48,192 bases of DNA from contig JANOTL010000157.1 of NCBI GenBank assembly GCA_031416315.1, forward strand, positions 1 to 48,192, read 5' to 3'. The notes below the pieces were generated by a model, which saw nothing but the letters and a program-made list of their open reading frames with translations, made no database searches and had not been told where the DNA came from. The position numbers were made by a program, and so were the translations under genes. Every line of letters starts with the position of its first letter. Position 1 is the first letter of the stretch. Shown one piece after another: positions 9,735-19,024 of this stretch. Source of the DNA: Pseudomonadota bacterium (lineage in GTDB: Bacteria; Bdellovibrionota_B; Oligoflexia; Oligoflexales; CAIYRB01).

Positions 9735-9796
9735 GTAGTTTTGCCATGGGAAGTGAAGAAGTGTAGGGTTTACGGGTGTTTGAGGGTGGAGGTTGA

Positions 9797-11230
9797 GTGA
9801 GTTTGGAAGCGTATGCCGAGCTGCTTCGGGTGCTTCAGGCACGCGAGGGGCGGGGGAAGGTCGAGCTTCCCTTCGTCGGGAAGGTGCGGGGGGTAGAGGC
9901 GCTCTTCGGCTCCCTGAGCGCCGTCGCGCCGGCGGTGCCGGGCGCGCGCGACGAGGAGTGGAATCCGGTGTCGCAAAGGACGCACACCCCGCTGCCGCCG
10001 CCGGTCGGAGACGAGCTCGGGGGCGAGATCACCGCCCTGAAGGAGGCGGTCGACGCCTTTACGACGCTTTCGCACGAGATGATGCACGTGGCGCTTTGGG
10101 AGCCGTTCTTCACGGGTGCGTGGAAGCCGCGCGGTCCGAAGGGCTTTCGTGAGTTCTCGCTGATGGCGGAAGGCTACTGCTTCTTCTTCAGCGACATCGT
10201 GGTGAGCGGCGCCGTGAGGGTGCGCTTGCCGGACGGGGAGTTCGCGCTGGAGCGGCAGACTCCGAGCAATGCGCGCTTTCATCCGATACGGGCGTTCCAC
10301 GGGCTCGGAATGACGCGGACGGACGAGATTTTAGACATCTACCTCGCAGGGTTCAGCGGGGAGCGGACGGCTCTGTGGCAGCCGCGGGGCGGGGATCGGT
10401 ACGCGGCGGCGATGGCGGCGCAGGTCTACGACTTTTACGCGGGATCGCAGCGCTATCTGGCGGAAGCCTACGGCGCCATCGCGGCGTTTGGCGGCATGAG
10501 CGAGTTTCATCGCCGGTTTTGCCGGGTGGAGGGCTTGCCGTCGTTCGCGGAAGACCTCGCGGTGGGCTCGGATCTGAAGGCGTATTTTCGTCGTTTTCAT
10601 CAGGTCGGGCTCGAGCGCCTCGCGGCTGCGAGCGCGGAGGACATCGCGCGCCTGCGTTGGCGCCGAACGCTGCAGATGCGCGCCTATTACGCGCTCCAGG
10701 TGCGTTGGTTGCTGCGGGAGGGCTTGGTCTTTCGGGCGCCGCCGCGGGACGTTTTGCCGGAGGTGGAGGCGTATTTGAGCGGGCTAAGGGGGCTACTCCT
10801 AAAGTTCGCGCCCGAAAAGGGCTTGGCGGACCTCGACGCGGATTATGACGCTCGGGTGCGTGCCGCGTTTTCGGCGCGCGGATCGTGGGTCGGAGAGCGG
10901 TGGCTGATCGCGCCACGTCGCGCCGGCGGCAAGGTGAGCGTGCTCGAGGGCGCGGGCGCCGATGGCAAGGGGCGCGAGGGCAAGATCAAGCGGCTCTCGG
11001 TCGTCGCTTTTCTGGTGGACGAGCTGACGAAGCGCATGAAGGAGAGCCGCACGGTCGAGGCGCGCGAGCTGGTCTTGGCGCAGCTGCGGCGCGTCGCGGG
11101 CGCTACGACTTCGGAGAAGCTGCGGACGGAGCTGCGGCGGCCGGAGCTTCTGGAGCTGTGGTCGGTGCCCATGACGGCGTTCGACCCGGCGGGAAACACG
11201 TATCGCGAGCTATGCTTTTCGTACCAATGA
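9797..11230 (+). CDS. Hypothetical protein with HExxH (zincin-like) motif
   Basis: 477 aa ORF, GGAGG RBS before the GTG, host-like codon use; 'LSHEMMHVAL' then 'AEGYC'. Confidence 0.75.
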   Translation: MSLEAYAELLRVLQAREGRGKVELPFVGKVRGVEALFGSLSAVAPAVPGARDEEWNPVSQRTHTPLPPPVGDELGGEITALKEAVDAFTTLSHEMMHVALWEPFFTGAWKPRGPKGFREFSLMAEGYCFFFSDIVVSGAVRVRLPDGEFALERQTPSNARFHPIRAFHGLGMTRTDEILDIYLAGFSGERTALWQPRGGDRYAAAMAAQVYDFYAGSQRYLAEAYGAIAAFGGMSEFHRRFCRVEGLPSFAEDLAVGSDLKAYFRRFHQVGLERLAAASAEDIARLRWRRTLQMRAYYALQVRWLLREGLVFRAPPRDVLPEVEAYLSGLRGLLLKFAPEKGLADLDADYDARVRAAFSARGSWVGERWLIAPRRAGGKVSVLEGAGADGKGREGKIKRLSVVAFLVDELTKRMKESRTVEARELVLAQLRRVAGATTSEKLRTELRRPELLELWSVPMTAFDPAGNTYRELCFSYQ

Positions 11231-11388
11231 GTCGGAATCAGCGGGTCGCGGCCTTGGCCGAACGCGGCCGAACATTAACTGGGCGCTTTTGGCTGGGCGC
11301 CGTTGCGAGGCGTCGCGCTTGCGGACTTAATGAAGATCGAGGCGCGGTCGCGGTGATCGGTCTCGATCTCAATTCGCAAGGAGCTCCC

Positions 11389-11922
11389 GTGACGAACCGT
11401 ATCGCTCGCTTGATCCTGTCGGCGGCAGTGGTCGCAACCCTGGTCGGATGCAGCTCGAAGGCGGAGGTCGACGGCGACTCCGTGCCGGTTCCCGCTCCCG
11501 TCGGCGGCGCTGGGGGTGGCGGCGGCGGCGACGGCAGCGGCGACGCCGTGGCGACCGTGCCGCTGACCCTCGGGCAAGAGGTCGAGGCGAAAGGCGACGT
11601 GGTCCAGGACGAGAACGGCATGTTCTCGCTCACGCGCACGTACTCACTGACGCTTGCGGCGGAGACGACGCTGCAGGTACGCAAAACCTTGGCCAACGGT
11701 AACTGCGGCGCGCCGAACGGCACGTTCCTCTTTCTCAGCGGCGAAGAGCCGGTCGCCGACGTGACCATCGACCACACCAAGGACTACGGCGGCCGGCCTC
11801 TGGAGGTGCTCGCGGCGCCTTTAGCGGCAGGAGCCTACACCGTGGTCGCGATGCTGACGCTGGAGCAGGAATGCAAGAACATGCTGTTCTTCTACGACTT
11901 CGTCATTGAAGCGGCGCCGTGA
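11389..11922 (+). CDS. Putative lipoprotein, beta-rich domain after a Gly linker
   Basis: AAGGAG RBS, GTG start, signal peptide with lipobox LVGC, poly-Gly linker. Confidence 0.75.
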   Translation: MTNRIARLILSAAVVATLVGCSSKAEVDGDSVPVPAPVGGAGGGGGGDGSGDAVATVPLTLGQEVEAKGDVVQDENGMFSLTRTYSLTLAAETTLQVRKTLANGNCGAPNGTFLFLSGEEPVADVTIDHTKDYGGRPLEVLAAPLAAGAYTVVAMLTLEQECKNMLFFYDFVIEAAP

Positions 11923-12721
11923 CGTCGAGCTGGAAGAACTGCAGGGACAGGCAATAAATCGCCTCTTTCGGCGTGGCCTGGCGGAAGCGAGCGCTCATCT
12001 GCTCGACGAACTCCTCGAGGTGCTGCTTGAACTCGGGGATCTGCGCGACGGGGATGGTGGTGAGCAAGGACTCGAACTTGCGGAGGGCGACCGGCTGCTT
12101 CTCGAGAGCGGCGGCGGCGCGCTCGAGGATCTGCCGTTGAAAGCCGTGGACGGCCTTCGAGGGCAGGTCGGCTAAGACCTGATAATGCGGTTTGGCGGGG
12201 ACGAGCGTTTGCTGCTCCTCGCGCAGCATGCCGATCCGCAGGAGACGCGCGATGGCGTGCTTCGCCGTCGGCTCGGGGATCGCGAGGCGCGCCGCGAGCC
12301 AAGCCGGAGTGCCGTCGAACTCGGGGAGCTTCGTCGCTTCCACGATGGCGAGGTGATACCAATCGCTGATGACGTGGAAAGCGTCGACGCGCAACTTCTC
12401 GAAGGCGGCCTCGGTCTCGAGGTAGGCGGTGACCCGGGCGGCCGCAGCGCCGCGCTGTTTCGGCGAGCGGCCGCACTCGGCGGCGACGAGGTCGGTGAAG
12501 TAGCTGGCGCGCGCGGCGTCGTAGCCCAAGGCTTTGGCGATCTTGGATCCGGTCGCGAGGGACATCGGTTGGTGGCCGGTGGTGATCTCGCTCAGGCGTG
12601 ATGCGGAGACGCCGAGATCGCGCGCGAAGGCGCGCAGCGAGTAGGCAGGGTTCCGCTTGCTACGGACCGCCAGCTCCTTGCGTAGGACGTCGCGAAAGTC
12701 GGGGTTTGGCGTCGTGGTCAT
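11903..12721 (-). CDS. TIGR02147-family protein (N-terminal HTH)
   Basis: Hallmarks 'RNPAYSLRAFARDLGVSASRLSEI', 'FHVISDWYHLAI.E', 'Y.LSLQFF'. Confidence 0.9.
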   Translation of the reverse strand: MTTTPNPDFRDVLRKELAVRSKRNPAYSLRAFARDLGVSASRLSEITTGHQPMSLATGSKIAKALGYDAARASYFTDLVAAECGRSPKQRGAAAARVTAYLETEAAFEKLRVDAFHVISDWYHLAIVEATKLPEFDGTPAWLAARLAIPEPTAKHAIARLLRIGMLREEQQTLVPAKPHYQVLADLPSKAVHGFQRQILERAAAALEKQPVALRKFESLLTTIPVAQIPEFKQHLEEFVEQMSARFRQATPKEAIYCLSLQFFQLDVTAPLQ

Positions 12722-12780
12722 GCTGGGCTCAGTCTACATTTCCTGATAACTTCGGCTCAAGAATTCTCGGGAGTGGCAAA

Positions 12781-14502
12781 ATGCGGGCTGGAATCGCGCG
12801 ATGGAGCCTTGGAGCTTTGCTGGTGCTCGGCGGGGTCGCGCGGGCAGACCAGCGTGTCGGCAGCGGCGGAGACCCGTTGCAGATCATTTTTCAGAGCGCG
12901 CGCGCGCAGGCGGTCAACTACGTCCTGACCTTCGACGCGACCTACCTGCCGGCCGAGACGCCGGCGGCGGTGACGACGTGGCTGGCCGAAGCGGGGGCGC
13001 AAGGTCAGCTGGGGCTGCACAAGCTCGCCGCCGACATCTCGTTGAGCGAGCACCTTTGGATCGACGGGACGGAGGTCGAGCAGGACACCTGCGCCTTCAC
13101 GACTTGGGACCCGAACGGTCCCATAACGTTCTCGTTCCCGATCTGCGCGCAAAGGCTCAACACAGCGGGAACCTCGCTGGCGGCGGAGCTCCTGATTCAC
13201 GAGGCGATCCACCACTTCGGTTACCACTCTTCACCGGAAGACGAGCGCTTCGCCACCGACGTGGCGCGGGCGCTCGCGGCCTCGGCGCTTCGGCGCGAAG
13301 GCGACAACGTCGACAACTGGCGGTTGACGCCGTCCGCCGACCGTCCAGAGCGGCGCACGGATCACGTCGGAGTGTTTACCGGCGACCAGGTCCTCGTCTG
13401 GGGCGGGTGCCAGGGTCACCGTGACGTTCCGCACGGCTGCGGCTCGTGGCTGCGCTCGGGATCGATGCTGGATTTGGCGACCAATCAATGGGAAGCGATG
13501 AATTCGGAGGGGGCGCCATCGGCGCGCTCACTGGCAAGCGGGCTTTGGACCGGCGATGCGGGGCCTTTGCCGCGGCGCATGATCATCTGGGGCGGGTGCG
13601 GGCAAACCGGCCAGCAACTGAAATGCGACAAGGCTTTGAATGACGGTGCCTTCTTCGACCCCGCCGCGAACGCTTGGGCCTCGATGACCGTCGGGCCGAC
13701 GACGCCGAGCCCGCGTGCGCTGCATAGCGCGGTCTGGACGGGCGCGTCGATGATCGTCTGGGGCGGCATCGAGCACTACAAGGATCCCGTTTTGCCGCGG
13801 GTGCCGAAGAATGACGGCGCGATCTTCGTGCCGGGCGAAGACGGCGGTCTTTGGCAGAAGATGAACCGCGCCGAGGGCTGGGCGCCTTCGCCGCGTTTCG
13901 GCCAGACGGCGCTGTGGACCACGACGGGGAAGATGCTCGTTTGGGGCGGCTGCGACGCCGAGGCGGCGACCGGCCACTGCATGAGTTATCTGGGGGACGG
14001 CGGCATCTACGATCCGGCGGCGGACGCTTGGACGAAGATCGAGGCGACGGGCGGCTCGCCGGAAGGGCGGCGCGGGCACGTGGCGGTGTGGACCGGCACG
14101 AAGATGCTGATCTTCGGCGGCGACGTCGACGGCGAGCCCCTGCGCGACGGCGGCATGTTTGATCCGGAGACGGGCGCGTGGAGCGAGGTCAATTACGGGG
14201 GTCCCCCTGGGCGCACGGGTGCCAAGGCCACTTGGGCCGGCGATCACCTGATCTTGTTCGGCGGGACCGGGCGCGATGCGACGGGCGCGCAGACGTTTCC
14301 CAGCACGCCGTGGGAGTATCATCCGCACCGCGGCAGCGACGGCTTAGGGCTCTGGCGCTCCTTGGCGCCGCGCGACGAGCTGCAAGGACGCAGCGGGCAC
14401 ACGATGATCTGGACGGGGTCTTCGGCCTTCGTTTGGGGCGGCCATAGCCAAAATGACACCTTTCAGTGGACCGGGGGGACGCTCGTTCCGAAGCATGAGT
14501 AG
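12781..14502 (+). CDS. Secreted protein: HExxH domain plus Kelch beta-propeller
   Basis: Signal peptide ending ARA, then 'RVGSGGD'; 'LIHEAIHHFG'; about six 'R..H..VWTG..M.(V/I)WGG' Kelch repeats. Confidence 0.85.
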   Translation: MRAGIARWSLGALLVLGGVARADQRVGSGGDPLQIIFQSARAQAVNYVLTFDATYLPAETPAAVTTWLAEAGAQGQLGLHKLAADISLSEHLWIDGTEVEQDTCAFTTWDPNGPITFSFPICAQRLNTAGTSLAAELLIHEAIHHFGYHSSPEDERFATDVARALAASALRREGDNVDNWRLTPSADRPERRTDHVGVFTGDQVLVWGGCQGHRDVPHGCGSWLRSGSMLDLATNQWEAMNSEGAPSARSLASGLWTGDAGPLPRRMIIWGGCGQTGQQLKCDKALNDGAFFDPAANAWASMTVGPTTPSPRALHSAVWTGASMIVWGGIEHYKDPVLPRVPKNDGAIFVPGEDGGLWQKMNRAEGWAPSPRFGQTALWTTTGKMLVWGGCDAEAATGHCMSYLGDGGIYDPAADAWTKIEATGGSPEGRRGHVAVWTGTKMLIFGGDVDGEPLRDGGMFDPETGAWSEVNYGGPPGRTGAKATWAGDHLILFGGTGRDATGAQTFPSTPWEYHPHRGSDGLGLWRSLAPRDELQGRSGHTMIWTGSSAFVWGGHSQNDTFQWTGGTLVPKHE

Positions 14503-15586
14503 AATTGCGAACATCGTCTTGATCGCGCTTGTGTTCATGGGATGCAGGCGCGAGCGCGTGACCGCGGACTCGGCGACGCTCGAAGAGCGTTATGCCAAGG
14601 CGGGCTGCGAGATCACCAACCAAGGGGACCCGCAGCGGCCGACCGAGCCTCTGATCTCGCCCGTCGGGGCTCTTTCCGGGCATTCGAGCTTCATTTCCTC
14701 GGTCGCTTTCCACGAGGGCGCCGGAGGCTCGCAGTTTCTCGTCTCGAGCTCCTGGGACTCCACGGTGCGCATGTGGAGCCTAGACGAGAATCGCAGCGTC
14801 TGGCAGCAAACGTTGGCGGGCGAGAAGCTGCAGGTGGTCGCAATCAGCCCGAACGGCGAGTTCGCGATCGTCGGGGCGCAGTCGAATCGCGTGCGGCTCT
14901 ATCGGCTGGCGACCGGCACCTTCGTCAAAGACTTCGAGCTGGCAGAGAGCGTTTGGCCGCAGTCCTTGGCGTGGCTGCCGACGAGCGAGGCGTTCCTGGT
15001 CGGCGGCAACGACGGCAAGGTGCATCTGCTCGAGCTCGGCACGGGACGCGAGACCGGAACGTTCGGGACGCTCGACTGGCCGATTACAAAGGTGATCTAC
15101 AGCGCAACGAAAGACTTCGTCCTGGCGTCGGCGGGCAACGCGGTCGCGATTTGGAACGCAACCTCGGGACACATGGTCACGAAGCTCGTCGATCGGGGCG
15201 TCAGCGACGGCGAGACGTTTTGGGCCGAATCTTTGGCCTTTTCCGCGCGGCTCGACTTCGTCGTCGCGGGGAGCAAGCGGACGATCGTCGTGTTCGACTC
15301 GGCGACCGGGGAGATCGTTCAGCGCTTCGTGGGGCATGGGCGGCGCATCCTTTCAGCGGAGATCTCCGACGATTACTGCCGGGTCCTGTCGGCGAGCGAC
15401 GACGGGTCGCTGCGCGTATGGGACGTGAAGACGGGCCAAGAGATCGAGCGTGCGGCGACGGACGGCGTGATCCCCACGTCGATGATCCCGGCGACTGGCG
15501 GCGACCAGTTCTTTGTTGCGCTCGCACCCTTGGCAGGGAACGAGTACAACATCGAGACCTGGAATTTTAGGAGACCCAACCCGTGA
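14495..15586 (+). CDS. WD40-repeat lipoprotein
   Basis: Lipobox-like FMGC; 'GHSSFISSVAF...SSSWDSTVRMW', 'GHGRRILSAEIS...SASDDGSLRVWDV'. Confidence 0.88.
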   Translation: MSRIANIVLIALVFMGCRRERVTADSATLEERYAKAGCEITNQGDPQRPTEPLISPVGALSGHSSFISSVAFHEGAGGSQFLVSSSWDSTVRMWSLDENRSVWQQTLAGEKLQVVAISPNGEFAIVGAQSNRVRLYRLATGTFVKDFELAESVWPQSLAWLPTSEAFLVGGNDGKVHLLELGTGRETGTFGTLDWPITKVIYSATKDFVLASAGNAVAIWNATSGHMVTKLVDRGVSDGETFWAESLAFSARLDFVVAGSKRTIVVFDSATGEIVQRFVGHGRRILSAEISDDYCRVLSASDDGSLRVWDVKTGQEIERAATDGVIPTSMIPATGGDQFFVALAPLAGNEYNIETWNFRRPNP

Positions 15587-16167
15587 AATCTTTCTTCGTC
15601 GCGCTTTGCGCCTTGTTTCCGGCCGTAGCCCAGGGCGTCGAACTCAGCGGCACCGAGTGGAAGTCGCCCTTTTACGGCGATCCGCAGAACGTGCAGTTGC
15701 AGTATTCGTACAAATTCACGTCGGCGACCGAGCTGCAGCAGGTCTTTCGCGTCAAGGCGTCGACGCCGATCGGCGACACCGCCTTTCTGATGACGTTCCA
15801 CGCGGTGTACGCGCTCGGCGCCGCGGTGCCGGGATTGCCGCATGCGCAGGCCTTCGATCTGACGGCCGTGCGTGTGACGGAGACGCCCTTGGACGAGTCG
15901 ATCGTCGAGAGCTTCAACGACGACGCCGAGTGCGGCTTCACCGACTGGGAAGTCGGCGTGGCCAAGGACATCACCGGGATCGTGTGCACTCCGGGTGAAG
16001 AGCCCGTGCGCGCGGGCGACAAGTTGTACGATATCGTTGGCGTCCAGGGGGATCGCCTGCAAACCGGCTTCCTGCCGGAGGGGGACGCGAGCGTCGGGAC
16101 GACGCCGGAGAATCGGCCGGTCGCGCTCGACGACGCCATTACGTACGCTCGTGTCACGAACCCGTAA
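15583..16167 (+). CDS. Secreted hypothetical protein
   Basis: GTGA overlap with the upstream stop; signal peptide 'MKSFFVALCALFPAVAQG'; 'CGFTDW..G..KDITG..C'. Confidence 0.8.
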   Translation: MKSFFVALCALFPAVAQGVELSGTEWKSPFYGDPQNVQLQYSYKFTSATELQQVFRVKASTPIGDTAFLMTFHAVYALGAAVPGLPHAQAFDLTAVRVTETPLDESIVESFNDDAECGFTDWEVGVAKDITGIVCTPGEEPVRAGDKLYDIVGVQGDRLQTGFLPEGDASVGTTPENRPVALDDAITYARVTNP

Positions 16168-16618
16168 GGCTCTGCGGGGGCTCGTCGTTTCCTCGGCGCT
16201 GTTCGGATGCGGCGCCTTGGAAGTGGCCGCCGTGGCTGCGCCCGCGTCGGCGGGGCACGGCTATTTGCTGCGGCTCGCGCGCGGGAAAACGTACGTCACC
16301 TCGGCCGGCGAGCGCTGCAGGCTCGAGGTGTGGACGAATACCCAGAGCGGGCTCGTCACCTTGATCCAAAAGGCGACCGACGCGAGCGACTGCGGAGCGC
16401 CGCGGACGATCTCTTACAAATGTGAGACGGCGCCGGAGGCGCGCTGCCGACGGTGCTTGACCGAGCAAAATTTGTGCGACGCGCGGTTTGACGAGGCCGA
16501 TCGCTTTCAGGCCTGCGCCGGCGGCGATTTCGTGGCGAACGGAACGCGCTATTCGGTGTTTCCGGTGGATCCGGCGCGGTTGGCGGCGCCTTGCGGCGGC
16601 TTGCCGGCCGGGTCCTGA
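16151..16618 (+). CDS. Cys-rich putative exported protein
   Basis: In-frame GTG at 16151, hydrophobic leader with LFGC, about eight further Cys; continues the operon. Overlaps the convergent GNAT gene by 70 bp. Confidence 0.55.
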   Translation: MSRTRKALRGLVVSSALFGCGALEVAAVAAPASAGHGYLLRLARGKTYVTSAGERCRLEVWTNTQSGLVTLIQKATDASDCGAPRTISYKCETAPEARCRRCLTEQNLCDARFDEADRFQACAGGDFVANGTRYSVFPVDPARLAAPCGGLPAGS

Positions 16619-17223
16619 CCGATCGCGAGCCGCATCGTGGTCGAGGCGCCGAAGCCGAGGAGCCAGCGCAGGTATTCGAAGCGCTCGGTACCGACCGCGA
16701 CGAAGCCGAAGCTCTCGTAAAGCTTCCGGGCGCGGTCGTTGGTGTCGACGACATCGAGGCGAATCGTGGTGAACCCCTCGTTCTCGGCGTAGGCGGCTAG
16801 CGCGGCGAGGAGGCTTCGGCCGATGCCTTGGCCGCGGGCGTCGCTCGTTACGGCGATCCCGTCCATGACGAGCTCGCCTTTCCCCGGGGCGCGCTCGTAT
16901 AGGCTGAGGATCAGAGCGGCCCAGTTGCCGCGGAGGAAACCGAGCTCCGAGAGGAGCGAGCGATAGCCGAGGCCGGAGGTAAGGGACCCTCGCGAATCTT
17001 GGAACCCCGCGAGTCCGACGAGCTCGCCTTCACGCAGCGCGCAGAATGCAAAGCTCAGGTCAAACGTCGATGCCAGGAGTCGAAGGCGCCGTTCGCGGTC
17101 GCGGATGGCGACGCCGAGCTTGGCGCCGAAGGCCTCGTCGTACAGGCGCGCGGCGGCGAGGCGTCCGTCCTCGGGAAGGCCGGAGCGGATGATGAAGGGC
17201 GAGCTTTTGCCGTCCGAGCTCAT
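16549..17223 (-). CDS. GNAT-family N-acetyltransferase
   Basis: 'DGIAV...RGQGIGR.LL', 'LDVVDTNDRARKLYESFGF'. Confidence 0.9.
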   Translation of the reverse strand: MSSDGKSSPFIIRSGLPEDGRLAAARLYDEAFGAKLGVAIRDRERRLRLLASTFDLSFAFCALREGELVGLAGFQDSRGSLTSGLGYRSLLSELGFLRGNWAALILSLYERAPGKGELVMDGIAVTSDARGQGIGRSLLAALAAYAENEGFTTIRLDVVDTNDRARKLYESFGFVAVGTERFEYLRWLLGFGASTTMRLAIGQDPAGKPPQGAANRAGSTGNTE

Positions 17224-17284
17224 GGTGCATTATTGCCGCTCAGGGTGGGTGTGGCTAGGGTCGGATCGCAAGGGAAGGGGAGGT

Positions 17285-17731
17285 ATGATGCAGATCGTCG
17301 ACGTCACGGCGGCGGATGGAGGTCTTCTTGCGGCGGAATGGCTTGCTCCAGCGGAGCGGGTACATCGGCAGCTTCGGCCGCAGCTGCCGTCGGACTATGC
17401 GGGGAAGATGCGGAAAGTGTTCGCCGACGGCGGGCGGATGTGCGTCGCGGTCGCCGAGGCTGACGTCGTCGGTGTCGCGGTTTTTCGGGTCTACGAGAAT
17501 ACGTACGCCGGACTCCATTTGTACGTCGACGACCTCGTGACGGACGAGCGGCGGCGCTCGGCCGGGGTCGGCAAGGCGTTGTTGGACCACATGCGCGAAA
17601 TCGCGCGCGCCGCGGGTTGCTCGAGCTTCGACCTCGATTCCGGCACGCAGCGGCAGCAGGCGCACAAGTTCTATTTTCGCGAGGGCATGGTGGTGACGGG
17701 GTTTCACTTCGAGACGAAATTGCCGAGATGA
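17285..17731 (+). CDS. GNAT-family N-acetyltransferase
   Basis: GGAGG RBS; 'LYVDDLVTDE.RRSAGVGKALL', 'LDSG.QR..AHKFYFREGM'. Confidence 0.92.
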   Translation: MMQIVDVTAADGGLLAAEWLAPAERVHRQLRPQLPSDYAGKMRKVFADGGRMCVAVAEADVVGVAVFRVYENTYAGLHLYVDDLVTDERRRSAGVGKALLDHMREIARAAGCSSFDLDSGTQRQQAHKFYFREGMVVTGFHFETKLPR

Positions 17732-17739
17732 GCGGCCGT

Positions 17740-18234
17740 TCAACGGCGTCTGGGATGACGCTCCGCCCACTTGAGCGAATGGCAGCGCTTGAACTTTTCG
17801 CCGCTGCCGCAGGGGCAAGGCGCCTTCATCGAGATCGGCGCCGGCTGGGTGGCGGCGTTCTTGAACGTACCCGAGCGATAGACCCAAAGACCGCCGATTT
17901 TCTCGAAGGCGCTCACCTCGTGAAGGATCGCGAGTTGGTCGCCGACGATCAGCTTCGCGATGAACTCGACACGTCCGTGCTCGCCGCTTTCGTCGACGCC
18001 GGTTTCGACGATCTCCAGGCCGACCCATTTGCCCGTCTCTTCGGCGCCCAGGGTCGGGACGGTCTCGGGATGCCACGTTCTCTTCAAGTATGCGAAGTCG
18101 CCGCGGGTGAACGCGGTGTAGCGGCTGCGCATGAGGAGCTCGGGCATCGCGGCGTCGACCGTGCCGTCGAGGTAGGGCTTGCAACAAGCGGTGAATGGCA
18201 GCTTCGTGCCGCAAGGACAGGTCGGTTCGGGCAT
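17740..18234 (-). CDS. ychJ: YchJ-family (SEC-C motif) protein
   Basis: N-terminal 'CPCG....CC', 'LMRSRYTAF', 'VEF.A', 'HEVS.F.K..G.W.Y', C-terminal 'PCPCGSG.KFKRCH'. Confidence 0.9.
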   Translation of the reverse strand: MPEPTCPCGTKLPFTACCKPYLDGTVDAAMPELLMRSRYTAFTRGDFAYLKRTWHPETVPTLGAEETGKWVGLEIVETGVDESGEHGRVEFIAKLIVGDQLAILHEVSAFEKIGGLWVYRSGTFKNAATQPAPISMKAPCPCGSGEKFKRCHSLKWAERHPRRR

Positions 18235-18249
18235 GTTCGTGCTCGTTCG

Positions 18250-18696
18250 TCAGTCGAGATGGTAGCGTGATTTCCAGCTCGCGGGGACACCGAGCTTCAG
18301 TCCGTAAAGGTATCGAACGAGCTGGCCATGATGTTGAGCTTCGTGCTCGAGAAGCTGAAGCGCCAAAGACCATTGGGCATCCGTTGGGGACGCCGACGCG
18401 GTTAGCGCGGTGTCGAGCTCGTTCGCAGAGCGAAGGAGCGCCGACTTCACCTCGTCTCCGACGTTGACGGAGGTGCTGGCCAACGAGCAGGAAAATCCCT
18501 GCCAGTTCCCGGCCGCGATCGCCTTCGCGTAGCTTTCTCTACCTCCGACGACGCACCAAAGCTGCTGTCCGACGGTGTTCGAAGGCAGATTCGGCAGTTT
18601 GCAGGCTAGCTTCGCTTCGGGAAAGAAATTAACGAGATCGTCGTAAAGGCGTTGTGACAGCTTGAGGCGGTCTTGCAGAGTGGTGAAGGCCGTCAT
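18250..18696 (-). CDS. DinB-family protein
   Basis: 148 aa; 'LLEHEAQHHGQL..Y'. Confidence 0.8.
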   Translation of the reverse strand: MTAFTTLQDRLKLSQRLYDDLVNFFPEAKLACKLPNLPSNTVGQQLWCVVGGRESYAKAIAAGNWQGFSCSLASTSVNVGDEVKSALLRSANELDTALTASASPTDAQWSLALQLLEHEAQHHGQLVRYLYGLKLGVPASWKSRYHLD

Positions 18697-19013
18697 TTCG
18701 TTTGGGGCTCCGATGCTGAAGGCTTCATCTGTTGCTCTTCGAAAGCGGTAAAGTCCGCGAAAAGCTCAGTCGCTGGCCAGGGTGGCGCTTCTGGGTGGCG
18801 AGCCCATGTGAGATGGACCACCGCTACGCGGCCCGTACCGTCGAGAAGTTGGAAGAGGACGTCATCGGTGCCGTCGTGTTTGCCGATGGCGGACACTCGA
18901 ACGCCGAAGAGGGGATGGCCCTCGTCGAGCTCGGCCTGGAGCTCGCGCTCGTAGGCGGCGGCGAGGTTTGTAGAGCCTTCTGAGAGGTCGGACCAGGGTG
19001 CGAGCCATTGCAT
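18693..19013 (-). CDS. Conserved hypothetical protein
   Basis: GAGGAG RBS; 'GHPL.G', 'DDVLF', 'AVVHLTW...E.PPWP.T'; ATGA overlap with the DinB gene. Confidence 0.75.
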   Translation of the reverse strand: MQWLAPWSDLSEGSTNLAAAYERELQAELDEGHPLFGVRVSAIGKHDGTDDVLFQLLDGTGRVAVVHLTWARHPEAPPWPATELFADFTAFEEQQMKPSASEPQTK

Positions 19014-19024
19014 GCAGGCGCTCC

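Noticed and set aside
13300..14460. Recurring TGGGGCGG/TGGAC DNA motifs
   Set aside because: Explained by the Kelch WTG/WGG protein repeats.
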